Assembly: GCA_964016885.1 (NCBI GenBank)
Contig: CAXHJY010000096.1
Location: 1,984,001 to 2,048,000 of the forward strand
Direction: 5' to 3'
From: Eledone cirrhosa
Lineage: Eukaryota
DNA: 64,000 nt
Part shown: in pieces, positions 12,601-24,600 of the stretch
Numbering within the stretch: the stretch's first letter is position 1
Layout of the letters: every line of letters begins with the position of its first letter
The notes under the pieces: model-generated
The model's input: only the letters and a program-made list of their open reading frames with translations
Database searches by the model: none
What the model was told of the DNA's origin: nothing
Made by a program: the position numbers and the translations under genes

Positions 12601-15600
12601 GGGGAGATAATTTGTAAAAAAAAATCAGGGGGAGATAATTTGTAAAAAAAATCAAGGGGAGATAATTTCCAGCCGTCCAAGGGGAGATAATTTTCAGCCG
12701 TCCAAGGAGAGGTAATTTCTAGCCGTCCAAGGGGAGATAATTTCCAGCCGTCCAAGGGGAGGTAATTTCCAGCCGTCCAAGGGGAGATAATTTAAAAAAA
12801 AAAATCAGGCGGAGATAATTTGTAAAAAAAATCAAGGGGAGATAATTTGCAGCCGTCCAAGGGGAGATAATTTTCAGTCGTCCAAGGAGAGGTAATTTCT
12901 AGCCGTCCAAGGGGAGATAATTGCCAGCCGTCCAAGGGGAGATAATTTCCAGCCGTCCAAGGGGAGATAATTTTTTTTTAAAAATCAGGCGGAGATAATT
13001 TGTAAAAAAAATCAGGGGGAGATAATTTGTAAACAAAATCAGGGGGAGATAATTTGTAAAAAAAAATCAGGGGGAGATAATTTGTAAAAAAAATCATGGA
13101 GAGATAATTTCCAGCCGTCCAAGGTGAGATAATTTCCAGCCGTCCAAGGAGACATATTTTCCAGCCGTCCAAGGCGAGGTAATTTCTAGCCGTCCAAGGG
13201 GAGATAAATTCCAGCCTCCAAGGGGAGATAATTTCCAGCCAGCCAAGTGGAGATAATTTGTAAAAAAATCAGGGGGAGATAATTTGTAAAAAATATCAGG
13301 GAGATAATTTGTAAAAAAAAATCAGGGGGAGATAATTTGTAAAAAAAATCAGGGGGAGATAATTTGTAAAAAAAAATCAGGGGGAGATAATTTGTAAAAA
13401 AAATCAAGGGGAGATAATTTCCAGCCGTCCAAGGGGAGATAATTTTCAGCCGTCCAAGGGGAGATAATTTCCCGCCAGCCAAGGGAAGATAATATTTAAA
13501 AAAATCAGGCGGAGATAATTTGTAAAAAAAATCAGGGGGAGATAATTTGTAAAAAAATCAGGGGGAGATAATTTGTAAAAAAAAAATCAGGGGGAGATAA
13601 TTTGTAAAAAAAATCAGGGGGAGATAATTTGTAAAAAAAAATCAGGGGTAGATAATTTGTAAACAAAAATCAGGGGGAGATAATTTGTAAAAAAAAATCA
13701 GGGGGAGATAATTTGTAAAAAAAATGAAAGGGGAGATAATATCCAGCCGTCCAAGGGGAGATAATTTCCAGCCGTCCAAGGGGATATAATTTCCAGCCGT
13801 CCAAGGGGAGATAATTTCCATCCTTCCAAGGGGATATAATTTCCAGCCGTCCAAGGGGAGATAATTTCCCGCCAGCCAAGGGAAGATAATTTTTAAAAAA
13901 ATCAGGCGGAGATTGTAAAAAAAATCAGGGGGGAGATAATTTGTAAAAAAATCAGGGGGAGATAATTTGTAAAAAATAATCAGGGGGAGATAATTTGTAA
14001 AAAAATTCAAGGGGAGATAATTTCCAGCCGTCCAAGGGGAGATAATTTCCCGCCAGCCAAGGGAAGATAATATTTAAAAAAATTAGGCGGAGATAATTTG
14101 TAAAAAAATCAGGGGGAGATAATTTGTAAAAAAAATCAGGGGGAGATAATTTGTAAAAAAAATCATGGGGAGATAATTTGTAAAAAAAAATCAGGGGTAG
14201 ATAATTTGTAAAAAAAAATCAGGGGGAGATAATTTGTAAAAAAAAATCAGGGGGAGATAATTTGTAAAAAAAAATCAAGGGGAGATAATATCCAGCCGTC
14301 CAAGGAGAGATAATTTTAAAAAAAAATGAGGCGGAGATAATTTGTAAAAAAAAAATCAGGGGGAGTTAATTTGTAAAAAAAAATGAGGGGGAGATAATTT
14401 GTAAAAAAAATCAAGGGGAGATAATTTCCAGCCGTCCAAGGGGAGATAATTTTCAGCCGTCCAAGGAGAGGTAATTTCTAGCCGTCCAAGGGGAGATAAT
14501 TTCCAGCCGTCCAAGGGGAGGTAATTTCCAGCCGTCCAAGGGGAGATAATTTTAAAAAAAAAATCAGGCGGAGATAATTTGTAAAAAAAATCAAGGGGAG
14601 ATAATTTGCAGCCGTCCAAGGGGAGATAATTTTCAGTCGTCCAAGGAGAGGTAATTTCTAGCCGTCCAAGGGGAGATAATTTCCAGCCGTCCAAGGGGAG
14701 ATAATTTCCAGCCGTCCAAGGGGAGATAATTTTTTTAAAAAAATCAGGCGGAGATAATTTGTAAAAAAAATCAGGGGGAGATAATTTGTAAACAAAATCA
14801 GGGGGAGATAATTTGTAAAAAAAAATCAGGGGGAGATAATTTGTAAAAAAAATTAGGCGTAGATAATTTGTAAAAAAAAATCAGGGGGAGATAATTTGTA
14901 AAAAAAAATCAGGGGGAGATAATTTGTTTAAAAAATCAAGGGGAGATAATTTGCAGCCGTCCAAGGGGAGATAATTTTCAGCCGTCCAAGGAGAGGTAAT
15001 TTCTAGCCGTTCAAGGGGAGATAATTTCCAGCCGTCCAAGGGGAGATAATTTCCAGCCGTCCAAGGGGAGATAATTTTTTTTAAAAAATCAGGCGGAGAT
15101 AATTTGTAAAAAAAAATCAGGGGGAGATAATTCGTAAAAAAAAATCAGGGGGAGATAATTTGTAAAAAAAAATCAGGGGGAGATAATTTGTAAAAAAAAT
15201 CAAGGGGAGATAATTTCCAGCCGTCCAAGGGGAGGTAATATCTAGCCGTCCAAGGGGAGATAATTTCCAGCCGTCCAAGGGGAGATAATTTCCAGCCGTC
15301 CAAGGGGAGATAATTTCCAGCCGTCCAAGGAGACATATTTTCCAGCCGTCCAAGGCGAGGTAATTTCTAGCCGTCCAAGGGGAGATTAATTCCAGCCACC
15401 AAGGGGAGATAATTTCCAGCCAGCCAAGGGGAGATAATTTGTAAAAAAATCAGGGGGAGATAATTTGTAAAAAATATCAGGGAGATAATTTGTAAAAAAA
15501 AATCAGGGGGAGATAATTTGTAAAAAAAATCAGGGGGAGATAATTTGTAAAAAAAAATCAGGGGGAGATAATTTGTAAAAAAAATCAAGGGGAGATAATT

Positions 15601-18600
15601 TCCAGCCGTCCAAGGGGAGATAATTTTCAGCCGTCCAAGGAGAGGTAATTTCTAACCGTCCGAGGAGAGATAATTTCCAGCCCTCCAAGGGGCTATAATT
15701 TCCAGTGTCCAAGGGGAGATAATTTCCAGCCAGAGAAGGGGAGATAATTTTTTTTAAAAAATCATTGGGAGATTTGTAAAAAAAATCAGGGGGAGATAAT
15801 TTGTAAAAAAAATCAAGGGGAGATAATTTCCAGCCGTCCAAGGGGAGGTAATATCTAGCCGTCCAAGGGGAGATAATTTCCAGCCGTCCAAGGGGAGATA
15901 ATTTCCAGCCGTCCAAGGGTAGATAATATCCAGCCGCCCAAGGACATATTTTCCAGCCGTCCAAGGAGAGGTAATTTCTAGCCGTCCAAGGGGAGATAAA
16001 TTCCAGCCTCCAAGGGGAGATAATTTCCAGCCAGCCAAGGGGAGATAATTTGTAAAAAAATCAGGGGGAGATAATTTGTAAAAAAAATCAGGGGGATATA
16101 ATTTGTAAAAAAAAATCAGGGGGAGATAATTTGTAAAAAAAAATCAGGGGGAGATAATTTGCAAAAAAAATCAGGGGGAGATAATTTGTAAAAAAAAATC
16201 AGGGGTAGATAATTTGTAAAAAAAAATCAGGGGGAGATAATTTGTAAAAAAAAATCAGGGGGAGATAATTTGTAAAAGAAATCAAGGGGAGATAATTTCC
16301 AGCCGTCCAAGGAGAGATAATTTTAAAAAAAATCAGGCGGAGATAATTTGTAAAAAAAAATCAGGGGGAGATAATTTGTAAAAAAAATCAGGGGGAGATA
16401 ATTTGTAAAAAAAAATCAGGGGTAGATAATTTGTAAAAAAAAATCAGGGGGAGATAATTTGTAAAAAAAATCAGGGGGAGATAATTTGTAAAAAAAATCA
16501 AGGGGAGATAATTTCCAGCCGTCCAAGGAGAGATAATTTTAAAAAAAATCAGGCGGAGATAATTTGTAAAAAAAAATTAGGGGGAGATAATTTGTAAAAA
16601 AAAATCAGGGGGAGATAATTTGTAAAAAAAATCAAGGGGAGATAATTTCCAGCCGTCCAAGGGGAGATAATTTTCAGCCGTCCAAGGGGAGATAATTTCC
16701 CGCCAGCCAAGGGAAGATAATATTCAAAAAAATCAGGCGGAGATAATTTGTAAAAAAAATCAGGGGGAGATAATTTGTAAAAAAATCAGGGGGAGATAAT
16801 TTGTAAAAAAAAATCAGGGGTAGATAATTTGTAAAAAAAAATCAGGGGGAGATAATTTGTAAAAAAAAATCAGGAGGAGATAATTTGTAAAAAAAATCAA
16901 GGGGAGATAATTTCCAGCCGTCCAAGGAGAGATAATTTAAAAAAAAATCAGGCGGAGATAATTTGTAAAAAAAAATCAGGGGGAGATAATTTGTAAAAAA
17001 ATCAGGGGGAGATAATTTGTAAAAAAAAAAATCAGGGGGAGATAATTTGTAAAAAAAACCAGGGGGAGATAATTTGTAAAAAAAATCAGGGGTAGATAAT
17101 TTGTAAAAAAAAATCAGGGGGAGATAATTTGTAAAAAAAAATCAGGGGGAGATAATTTGTAAAAAAAATGAAAGGGGAGATAATATCCAGCCGTCCAAGG
17201 GGAGATAATTTCCAGCCGTCCAAGGGGAGATAATTTCCAGCCGTCCAAGGGGAGATAATTTCCATCCTTCCAAGGGGATATAATTTCCAGCCGTCCAAGG
17301 GGAGATAATTTCCATCCTTCCAAGGGGATATAATTTCCAGCCGTCCAAGGGGAGATAATTTTCAGCCGTCCAAGGAGAGGTAATTTCTAGCCGTCCAAGG
17401 AGAGATAATTTCCAGCCGTCCAAGGGGAGATAATTTCCAGCCGTCCAAGGGGAGATAATTTCCAGCCGTCCAAGGAGACATATTTTCCAGCCGTCCAAGG
17501 AGAGGTAATTCCTAGCCGTCCAAGGGGAGATAAATTCCAGCCTCCAAGGGGAGATAATTTCCAGCCAGCCAAGGGGAGATAATTTGTAAAAAAAATCAGG
17601 GGGAGATAATTTGTAAAAAAAATCAGGGGGAGATAATTTGTAAAAAAAAATCAGGGGTAGATAATTTGTAAAAAATAATCAGGGGGAGATAATTTGTAAA
17701 AAAAATCAAGGGGAGATAATTTCCAGCCGTCCAAGGGGAGATAATTTTCAGCCGTCCAAGGGGAGATAATTTCCCGCCAGCCAAGGGAAGATAATATTTA
17801 AAAAAATTAGGCGGAGATAATTTGTAAAAAAAATCAGGGGGAGATAATTTGTAAAAAAATCAGGGGGAGATAATTTGTAAAAAAAATCAGGGGGAGATAA
17901 TTTGTAAAAAAATCAGGGGGAGATAATTTGTAAAAAAAAATCAGGGGGAGATAATTTGTAAAAAAAATCAAGGGGAGATAATTTCCAGCCGTCCAAGGGA
18001 AGATAATTTCCAGCCCTCCAAGGGGCTATAATTTCCAGCGTCCAAGGGGAGATAATTTCCAGCCAGCGAAGGGGAGATAATTTTTTTTAAAAAATCATTG
18101 GGAGATTTGTAAAAAAAATCAGGGGGAGATAATTTGTAAAAAAAATCAAGGGGAGATAATTTCCAGCCGTCCAAGGGGAGGTAATATCTAGCCGTCCAAG
18201 GGGAGATAATTTCCAGCCGTCCAAGGGGAGATAATTTCCAGCCGTCCAAGGGTAGATAATATCCAGCCGTCCAAGGACATATTTTCCAGCCGTCCAAGGA
18301 GAGGTAATTTCTAGCCGTCCAAGGGGAGATAAATTCCAGCCTCCAAGGTGAGATAATTTCCAGCCAGCCAAGGGGAGATAATTTGTAAAAAAATCAGGGG
18401 GAGATAATTTGTAAAAAAAATCAGGGGGAGATAATTTGTAAAAAAAAATCAGGGGGAGATAATTTGTAAAAAAAAATCAGGGGGAGATAATTTGTAAAAA
18501 AAAATCAGGGGGAGATAATTTGTAAAAAAATCAAGGGGAGATAATTTCCAGCCGTCCAAGGGGAGATAATTTTCAGCCGTCCAAGGGGAGATAATTTCCC

Positions 18601-21600
18601 GCCAGCCAAGGGAAGATAATATTTGAAAAAATCAGGCGGAGATAATTTGTAAAAAAAATCAGGGGGAGATAATTTGTAAAAAAATCAGGGGGAGATAATT
18701 TGTAAAAAAAAAATCAGGGGGAGATAATTTGTAAAAAGAATCAGGGGGAGATAATTTGTAAAAAAAAATCAGGGGTAGATAAATTGTAAAAAAAAATCAG
18801 GGGGAGATAATTTGTAAAAAAAATCAGGGGGAGATAATTTGTAAAAAAAATGAAAGGGGAGATAATATCCAGCCGTCCAAGGGGAGATAATTTCCAGCCG
18901 TCCAAGGGGAGATAATTTCCAGCCGTCCAAGGGGAGATAATTTCCATCCTTCCAAGGGGATATAATTTCCAGCCGTCCAAGGGGAGATAATTTCCCGCCA
19001 GCCAAGGGAAGATAATTTTTAAAATAATCAGGCGGAGATTGTAAAAAAAATCAGGGGGGAGATAATTTGTAAAAAAATCAGGGGGAGATAATTTGTAAAA
19101 AAAAATCAGGGGGAGATAATTTGTAAAAAATAATCAGGGGGAGATAATTTGTAAAAAAAAATCAAGGGGAGATAATTTCCAGCCGTCCAAGGGGAGATAA
19201 TTTCCCGCCAGCCAAGGGAAGATAATATTTAAAAAAATTAGGCGGAGATAATTTGTAAAAAAAATCAGGGGGAGATAATTTGTAAAAAAATCAGGGGGAG
19301 ATAATTTGTAAAAAAAATCAGGGGGAGATAATTTGTAAAAAAATTCATGGGGAGATAATTTGTAAAAAAAAATCAGGGGTAGATAATTTGTAAAAAAAAA
19401 TCAGGGGGAGATAATTTGTAAAAAAAAATCAGGGGGAGATAATTTGTAAAAAAAATCAAGGGGAGATAATTTCCAGCCGTCCAAGGGGAGATAATTTTCA
19501 GCCGTCCAAGGAGAGGTAATTTCTAGCCGTCCAAGGGGAGATAATTTCCAGCCGTCCAAGGGGAGGTAATTTCCAGCCGTCCAAGGGGAGATAATTTAAA
19601 AAAAAAAATCAGGCGGAGATAATTTGTAAAAAAAATCAAGGGGAGATAATTTGCAGCCGTCCAAGGGGAGATAATTTTCAGTCGTCCAAGGAGAGGTAAT
19701 TTCTAGCCGTCCAAGGGGAGATAATTGCCAGCCGTCCAAGGGGAGATAATTTCCAGCCGTCCAAGGGGAGATAATTTTTTTTTAAAAATCAGGCGGAGAT
19801 AATTTGTAAAAAAAATCAGGGGGAGATAATTTGTAAACAAAATCAGGGGGAGATAATTTGTAAAAAAAAATCAGGGGGAGATAATTTGTAAAAAAAATCA
19901 TGGAGAGATAATTTCCAGCCGTCCAAGGTGAGATAATTTCCAGCCGTCCAAGGAGACATATTTTCCAGCCGTCCAAGGCGAGGTAATTTCTAGCCGTCCA
20001 AGGGGAGATAAATTCCAGCCTCCAAGGGGAGATAATTTCCAGCCAGCCAAGTGGAGATAATTTGTAAAAAAATCAGGGGGAGATAATTTGTAAAAAATAT
20101 CAGGGAGATAATTTGTAAAAAAAAATCAGGGGGAGATAATTTGTAAAAAAAATCAGGGGGAGATAATTTGTAAAAAAAAATCAGGGGGAGATAATTTGTA
20201 AAAAAAATCAAGGGGAGATAATTTCCAGCCGTCCAAGGGGAGATAATTTTCAGCCGTCCAAGGGGAGATAATTTCCCGCCAGCCAAGGGAAGATAATATT
20301 TAAAAAAATCAGGCGGAGATAATTTGTAAAAAAAATCAGGGGGAGATAATTTGTAAAAAAATCAGGGGGAGATAATTTGTAAAAAAAAAATCAGGGGGAG
20401 ATAATTTGTAAAAAAAATCAGGGGGAGATAATTTGTAAAAAAAAATCAGGGGTAGATAATTTGTAAACAAAAATCAGGGGGAGATAATTTGTAAAAAAAA
20501 ATCAGGGGGAGATAATTTGTAAAAAAAATGAAAGGGGAGATAATATCCAGCCGTCCAAGGGGAGATAATTTCCAGCCGTCCAAGGGGATATAATTTCCAG
20601 CCGTCCAAGGGGAGATAATTTCCATCCTTCCAAGGGGATATAATTTCCAGCCGTCCAAGGGGAGATAATTTCCCGCCAGCCAAGGGAAGATAATTTTTAA
20701 AAAAATCAGGCGGAGATTGTAAAAAAAATCAGGGGGGAGATAATTTGTAAAAAAATCAGGGGGAGATAATTTGTAAAAAATAATCAGGGGGAGATAATTT
20801 GTAAAAAAATTCAAGGGGAGATAATTTCCAGCCGTCCAAGGGGAGATAATTTCCCGCCAGCCAAGGGAAGATAATATTTAAAAAAATTAGGCGGAGATAA
20901 TTTGTAAAAAAATCAGGGGGAGATAATTTGTAAAAAAAATCAGGGGGAGATAATTTGTAAAAAAAATCATGGGGAGATAATTTGTAAAAAAAAATCAGGG
21001 GTAGATAATTTGTAAAAAAAAATCAGGGGGAGATAATTTGTAAAAAAAAATCAGGGGGAGATAATTTGTAAAAAAAAATCAAGGGGAGATAATATCCAGC
21101 CGTCCAAGGAGAGATAATTTTAAAAAAAAATGAGGCGGAGATAATTTGTAAAAAAAAAATCAGGGGGAGTTAATTTGTAAAAAAAAATGAGGGGGAGATA
21201 ATTTGTAAAAAAAATCAAGGGGAGATAATTTCCAGCCGTCCAAGGGGAGATAATTTTCAGCCGTCCAAGGAGAGGTAATTTCTAGCCGTCCAAGGGGAGA
21301 TAATTTCCAGCCGTCCAAGGGGAGGTAATTTCCAGCCGTCCAAGGGGAGATAATTTTAAAAAAAAAATCAGGCGGAGATAATTTGTAAAAAAAATCAAGG
21401 GGAGATAATTTGCAGCCGTCCAAGGGGAGATAATTTTCAGTCGTCCAAGGAGAGGTAATTTCTAGCCGTCCAAGGGGAGATAATTTCCAGCCGTCCAAGG
21501 GGAGATAATTTCCAGCCGTCCAAGGGGAGATAATTTTTTTAAAAAAATCAGGCGGAGATAATTTGTAAAAAAAATCAGGGGGAGATAATTTGTAAACAAA

Positions 21601-24600
21601 ATCAGGGGGAGATAATTTGTAAAAAAAAATCAGGGGGAGATAATTTGTAAAAAAAATTAGGCGTAGATAATTTGTAAAAAAAAATCAGGGGGAGATAATT
21701 TGTAAAAAAAAATCAGGGGGAGATAATTTGTTTAAAAAATCAAGGGGAGATAATTTGCAGCCGTCCAAGGGGAGATAATTTTCAGCCGTCCAAGGAGAGG
21801 TAATTTCTAGCCGTTCAAGGGGAGATAATTTCCAGCCGTCCAAGGGGAGATAATTTCCAGCCGTCCAAGGGGAGATAATTTTTTTTAAAAAATCAGGCGG
21901 AGATAATTTGTAAAAAAAAATCAGGGGGAGATAATTCGTAAAAAAAAATCAGGGGGAGATAATTTGTAAAAAAAAATCAGGGGGAGATAATTTGTAAAAA
22001 AAATCAAGGGGAGATAATTTCCAGCCGTCCAAGGGGAGGTAATATCTAGCCGTCCAAGGGGAGATAATTTCCAGCCGTCCAAGGGGAGATAATTTCCAGC
22101 CGTCCAAGGGGAGATAATTTCCAGCCGTCCAAGGAGACATATTTTCCAGCCGTCCAAGGCGAGGTAATTTCTAGCCGTCCAAGGGGAGATTAATTCCAGC
22201 CACCAAGGGGAGATAATTTCCAGCCAGCCAAGGGGAGATAATTTGTAAAAAAATCAGGGGGAGATAATTTGTAAAAAATATCAGGGAGATAATTTGTAAA
22301 AAAAAATCAGGGGGAGATAATTTGTAAAAAAAATCAGGGGGAGATAATTTGTAAAAAAAAATCAGGGGGAGATAATTTGTAAAAAAAATCAAGGGGAGAT
22401 AATTTCCAGCCGTCCAAGGGGAGATAATTTTCAGCCGTCCAAGGAGAGGTAATTTCTAACCGTCCGAGGAGAGATAATTTCCAGCCGTCCAAGGGGAGAT
22501 AATTTCCAGCCGTCCAAGGGGAGATAATTTCCAGCCGTCCAAGGAGACATATTTTCCAGCCGTCCAAGGAGAGGTAATTTCTAGCCGTCCAAGGGGAGAT
22601 AAATTCCAGCCTCCAAGGGGAGATAATTTCCAGCCAGCCAAGGGGAGATAATTTGTAAAAAAATCAGGGGGAGATAATTTGCAAAAAAAATCAAAGGGTG
22701 ATAATTTGTAAAAAAAATCAGGGGGAGATAATTTGTAAAAAATAATCAGGGGGAGATAATTTCCAGCCGTCCAAGGGAAGATAATTTCCAGCCCTCCAAG
22801 GGGCTATAATTTCCAGTGTCCAAGGGGAGATAATTTCCAGCCAGAGAAGGGGAGATAATTTTTTTTAAAAAATCATTGGGAGATTTGTAAAAAAAATCAG
22901 GGGGAGATAATTTGTAAAAAAAATCAAGGGGAGATAATTTCCAGCCGTCCAAGGGGAGGTAATATCTAGCCGTCCAAGGAGAGATAATTTCCAGCCGTCC
23001 AAGGGGAGATAATTTCCAGCCGTCCAAGGGGAGATAATTTCCAGCCGTCCAAGGAGACATATTTTCCAGCCGTCCAAGGAGAGGTAATTCCTAGCCGTCC
23101 AAGGGGAGATAAATTCCAGCCTCCAAGGGGAGATAATTTCCAGCCAGCCAAGGGGAGATAATTTGTAAAAAAAATCAGGGGGAGATAATTTGTAAAAAAA
23201 ATCAGGGGGAGATAATTTGTAAAAAAAAATCAGGGGGAGATAATTTGTAAAAAATAATCAGGGGGAGATAATTTGTAAAAAAAATCAAGGGGAGATAATT
23301 TCCAGCCGTCCAAGGGGAGATAATTTTCAGCCGTCCAAGGGGAGATAATTTCCCACCAGCCAAGGGAAGATAATATTTTAAAAAATTAGGCGGAGATAAT
23401 TTGTAAAAAAAATCAGGGGGAGATAATTTGTAAAAAAATCAGGGGGAGATAATTTGTAAAAAAAATCAGGGGGAGATAATTTGTAAAAAAAATCAGGGGG
23501 AGATAATTTGTAAAAAAAAATCAGGGGTAGATAATTTGTAAAAAAAAATCAGGGGGAGATAATTTGTAAAAAAATCAAGGGGAGATAATTTCCAGCCGTC
23601 CAAGGGAAGATAATTTCCAGCCCTCCAAGGGGCTATAATTTCCAGCGTCCAAGGGGAGATAATTTCCAGCCAGCGAAGGGGAGATAATTTTTTTAAAAAA
23701 ATCATTGGGAGATTTGTAAAAAAAATCAGGGGGAGATAATTTGTAAAAAAAATCAAGGGGAGATAATTTCCAGCCGTCCAAGGGGAGGTAATATCTAGCC
23801 GTCCAAGGGTAGATAATTTCCAGCCGTCCAACGGGAGATAATTTCCAGCCGTCCAAGGGTAGATAATATCCAGCCGCCCAAGGACATATTTTCCAGCCGT
23901 CCAAGGAGAGGTAATTTCTAGCCGTCCAAGGGGAGATAATTTCCAGCCGTCCAAGGGTAGATAATATCCAGCCGTCCAAGGACATATTTTCCAGCCGTCC
24001 AAGGAGAGGTAATTTCTAGCCGTCCAAGGGGAGATAAATTCCAGCCTCCAAGGGGAGATAATTTCCAGCCAGCCAAGGGGAGATAATTTGTAAAAAAATC
24101 AGGGGGAGATAATTTGTAAAAAAAATCAGGGGGAGATAATTTGTAAAAAAAAATCAGGGGGAGATAATTTGTAAAAAAAATCAGGGGGAGATAATTTGCA
24201 AAAAAAATCAGGGGGAGATAATTTGTAAAAAAAAATCAGGGGTAGATAATTTGTAAAAAAAAATCAGGGGGAGATAATTTGTAAAAAAAAATCAGGGGGA
24301 GATAATTTGTAAAAAAAATCAAGGGGAGATAATTTCCAGCCGTCCAAGGAGAGATAATTTTAAAAAAAATCAGGCGGAGATAATTTGTAAAAAAAAATCA
24401 GGGGGAGATAATTTGTAAAAAAAATTAGGCGTAGATAATTTGTAAAAAAAAATCAGGGGGAGATAATTTGTAAAAAAAAATCAGGGGGAGATAATTTGTT
24501 TAAAAAATCAAGGGGAGATAATTTGCAGCCGTCCAAGGGGAGATAATTTTCAGCCGTCCAAGGAGAGGTAATTTCTAGCCGTTCAAGGGGAGATAATTTC

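Larger units (their letters stand above)
1..22980 (+). repeat. HOR domain 1, period ~6.75-7.1 kb (about 3.3 copies)
   Basis: The same landmark (CCCGCCAGCCAAGGGAAG...GGCGGAGATTG...AAATTCAAGGGG) starts at 29, 7110, 13868 and 20672 (steps 7081, 6758, 6804). ORF pairs 11937/18741, 12978/19782, 13642/20446, 14356/21160 and 15117/21921 are all exactly 6804 apart. Private variants are shared at 12221/19025 and 15398/22202. Confidence 0.93.
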
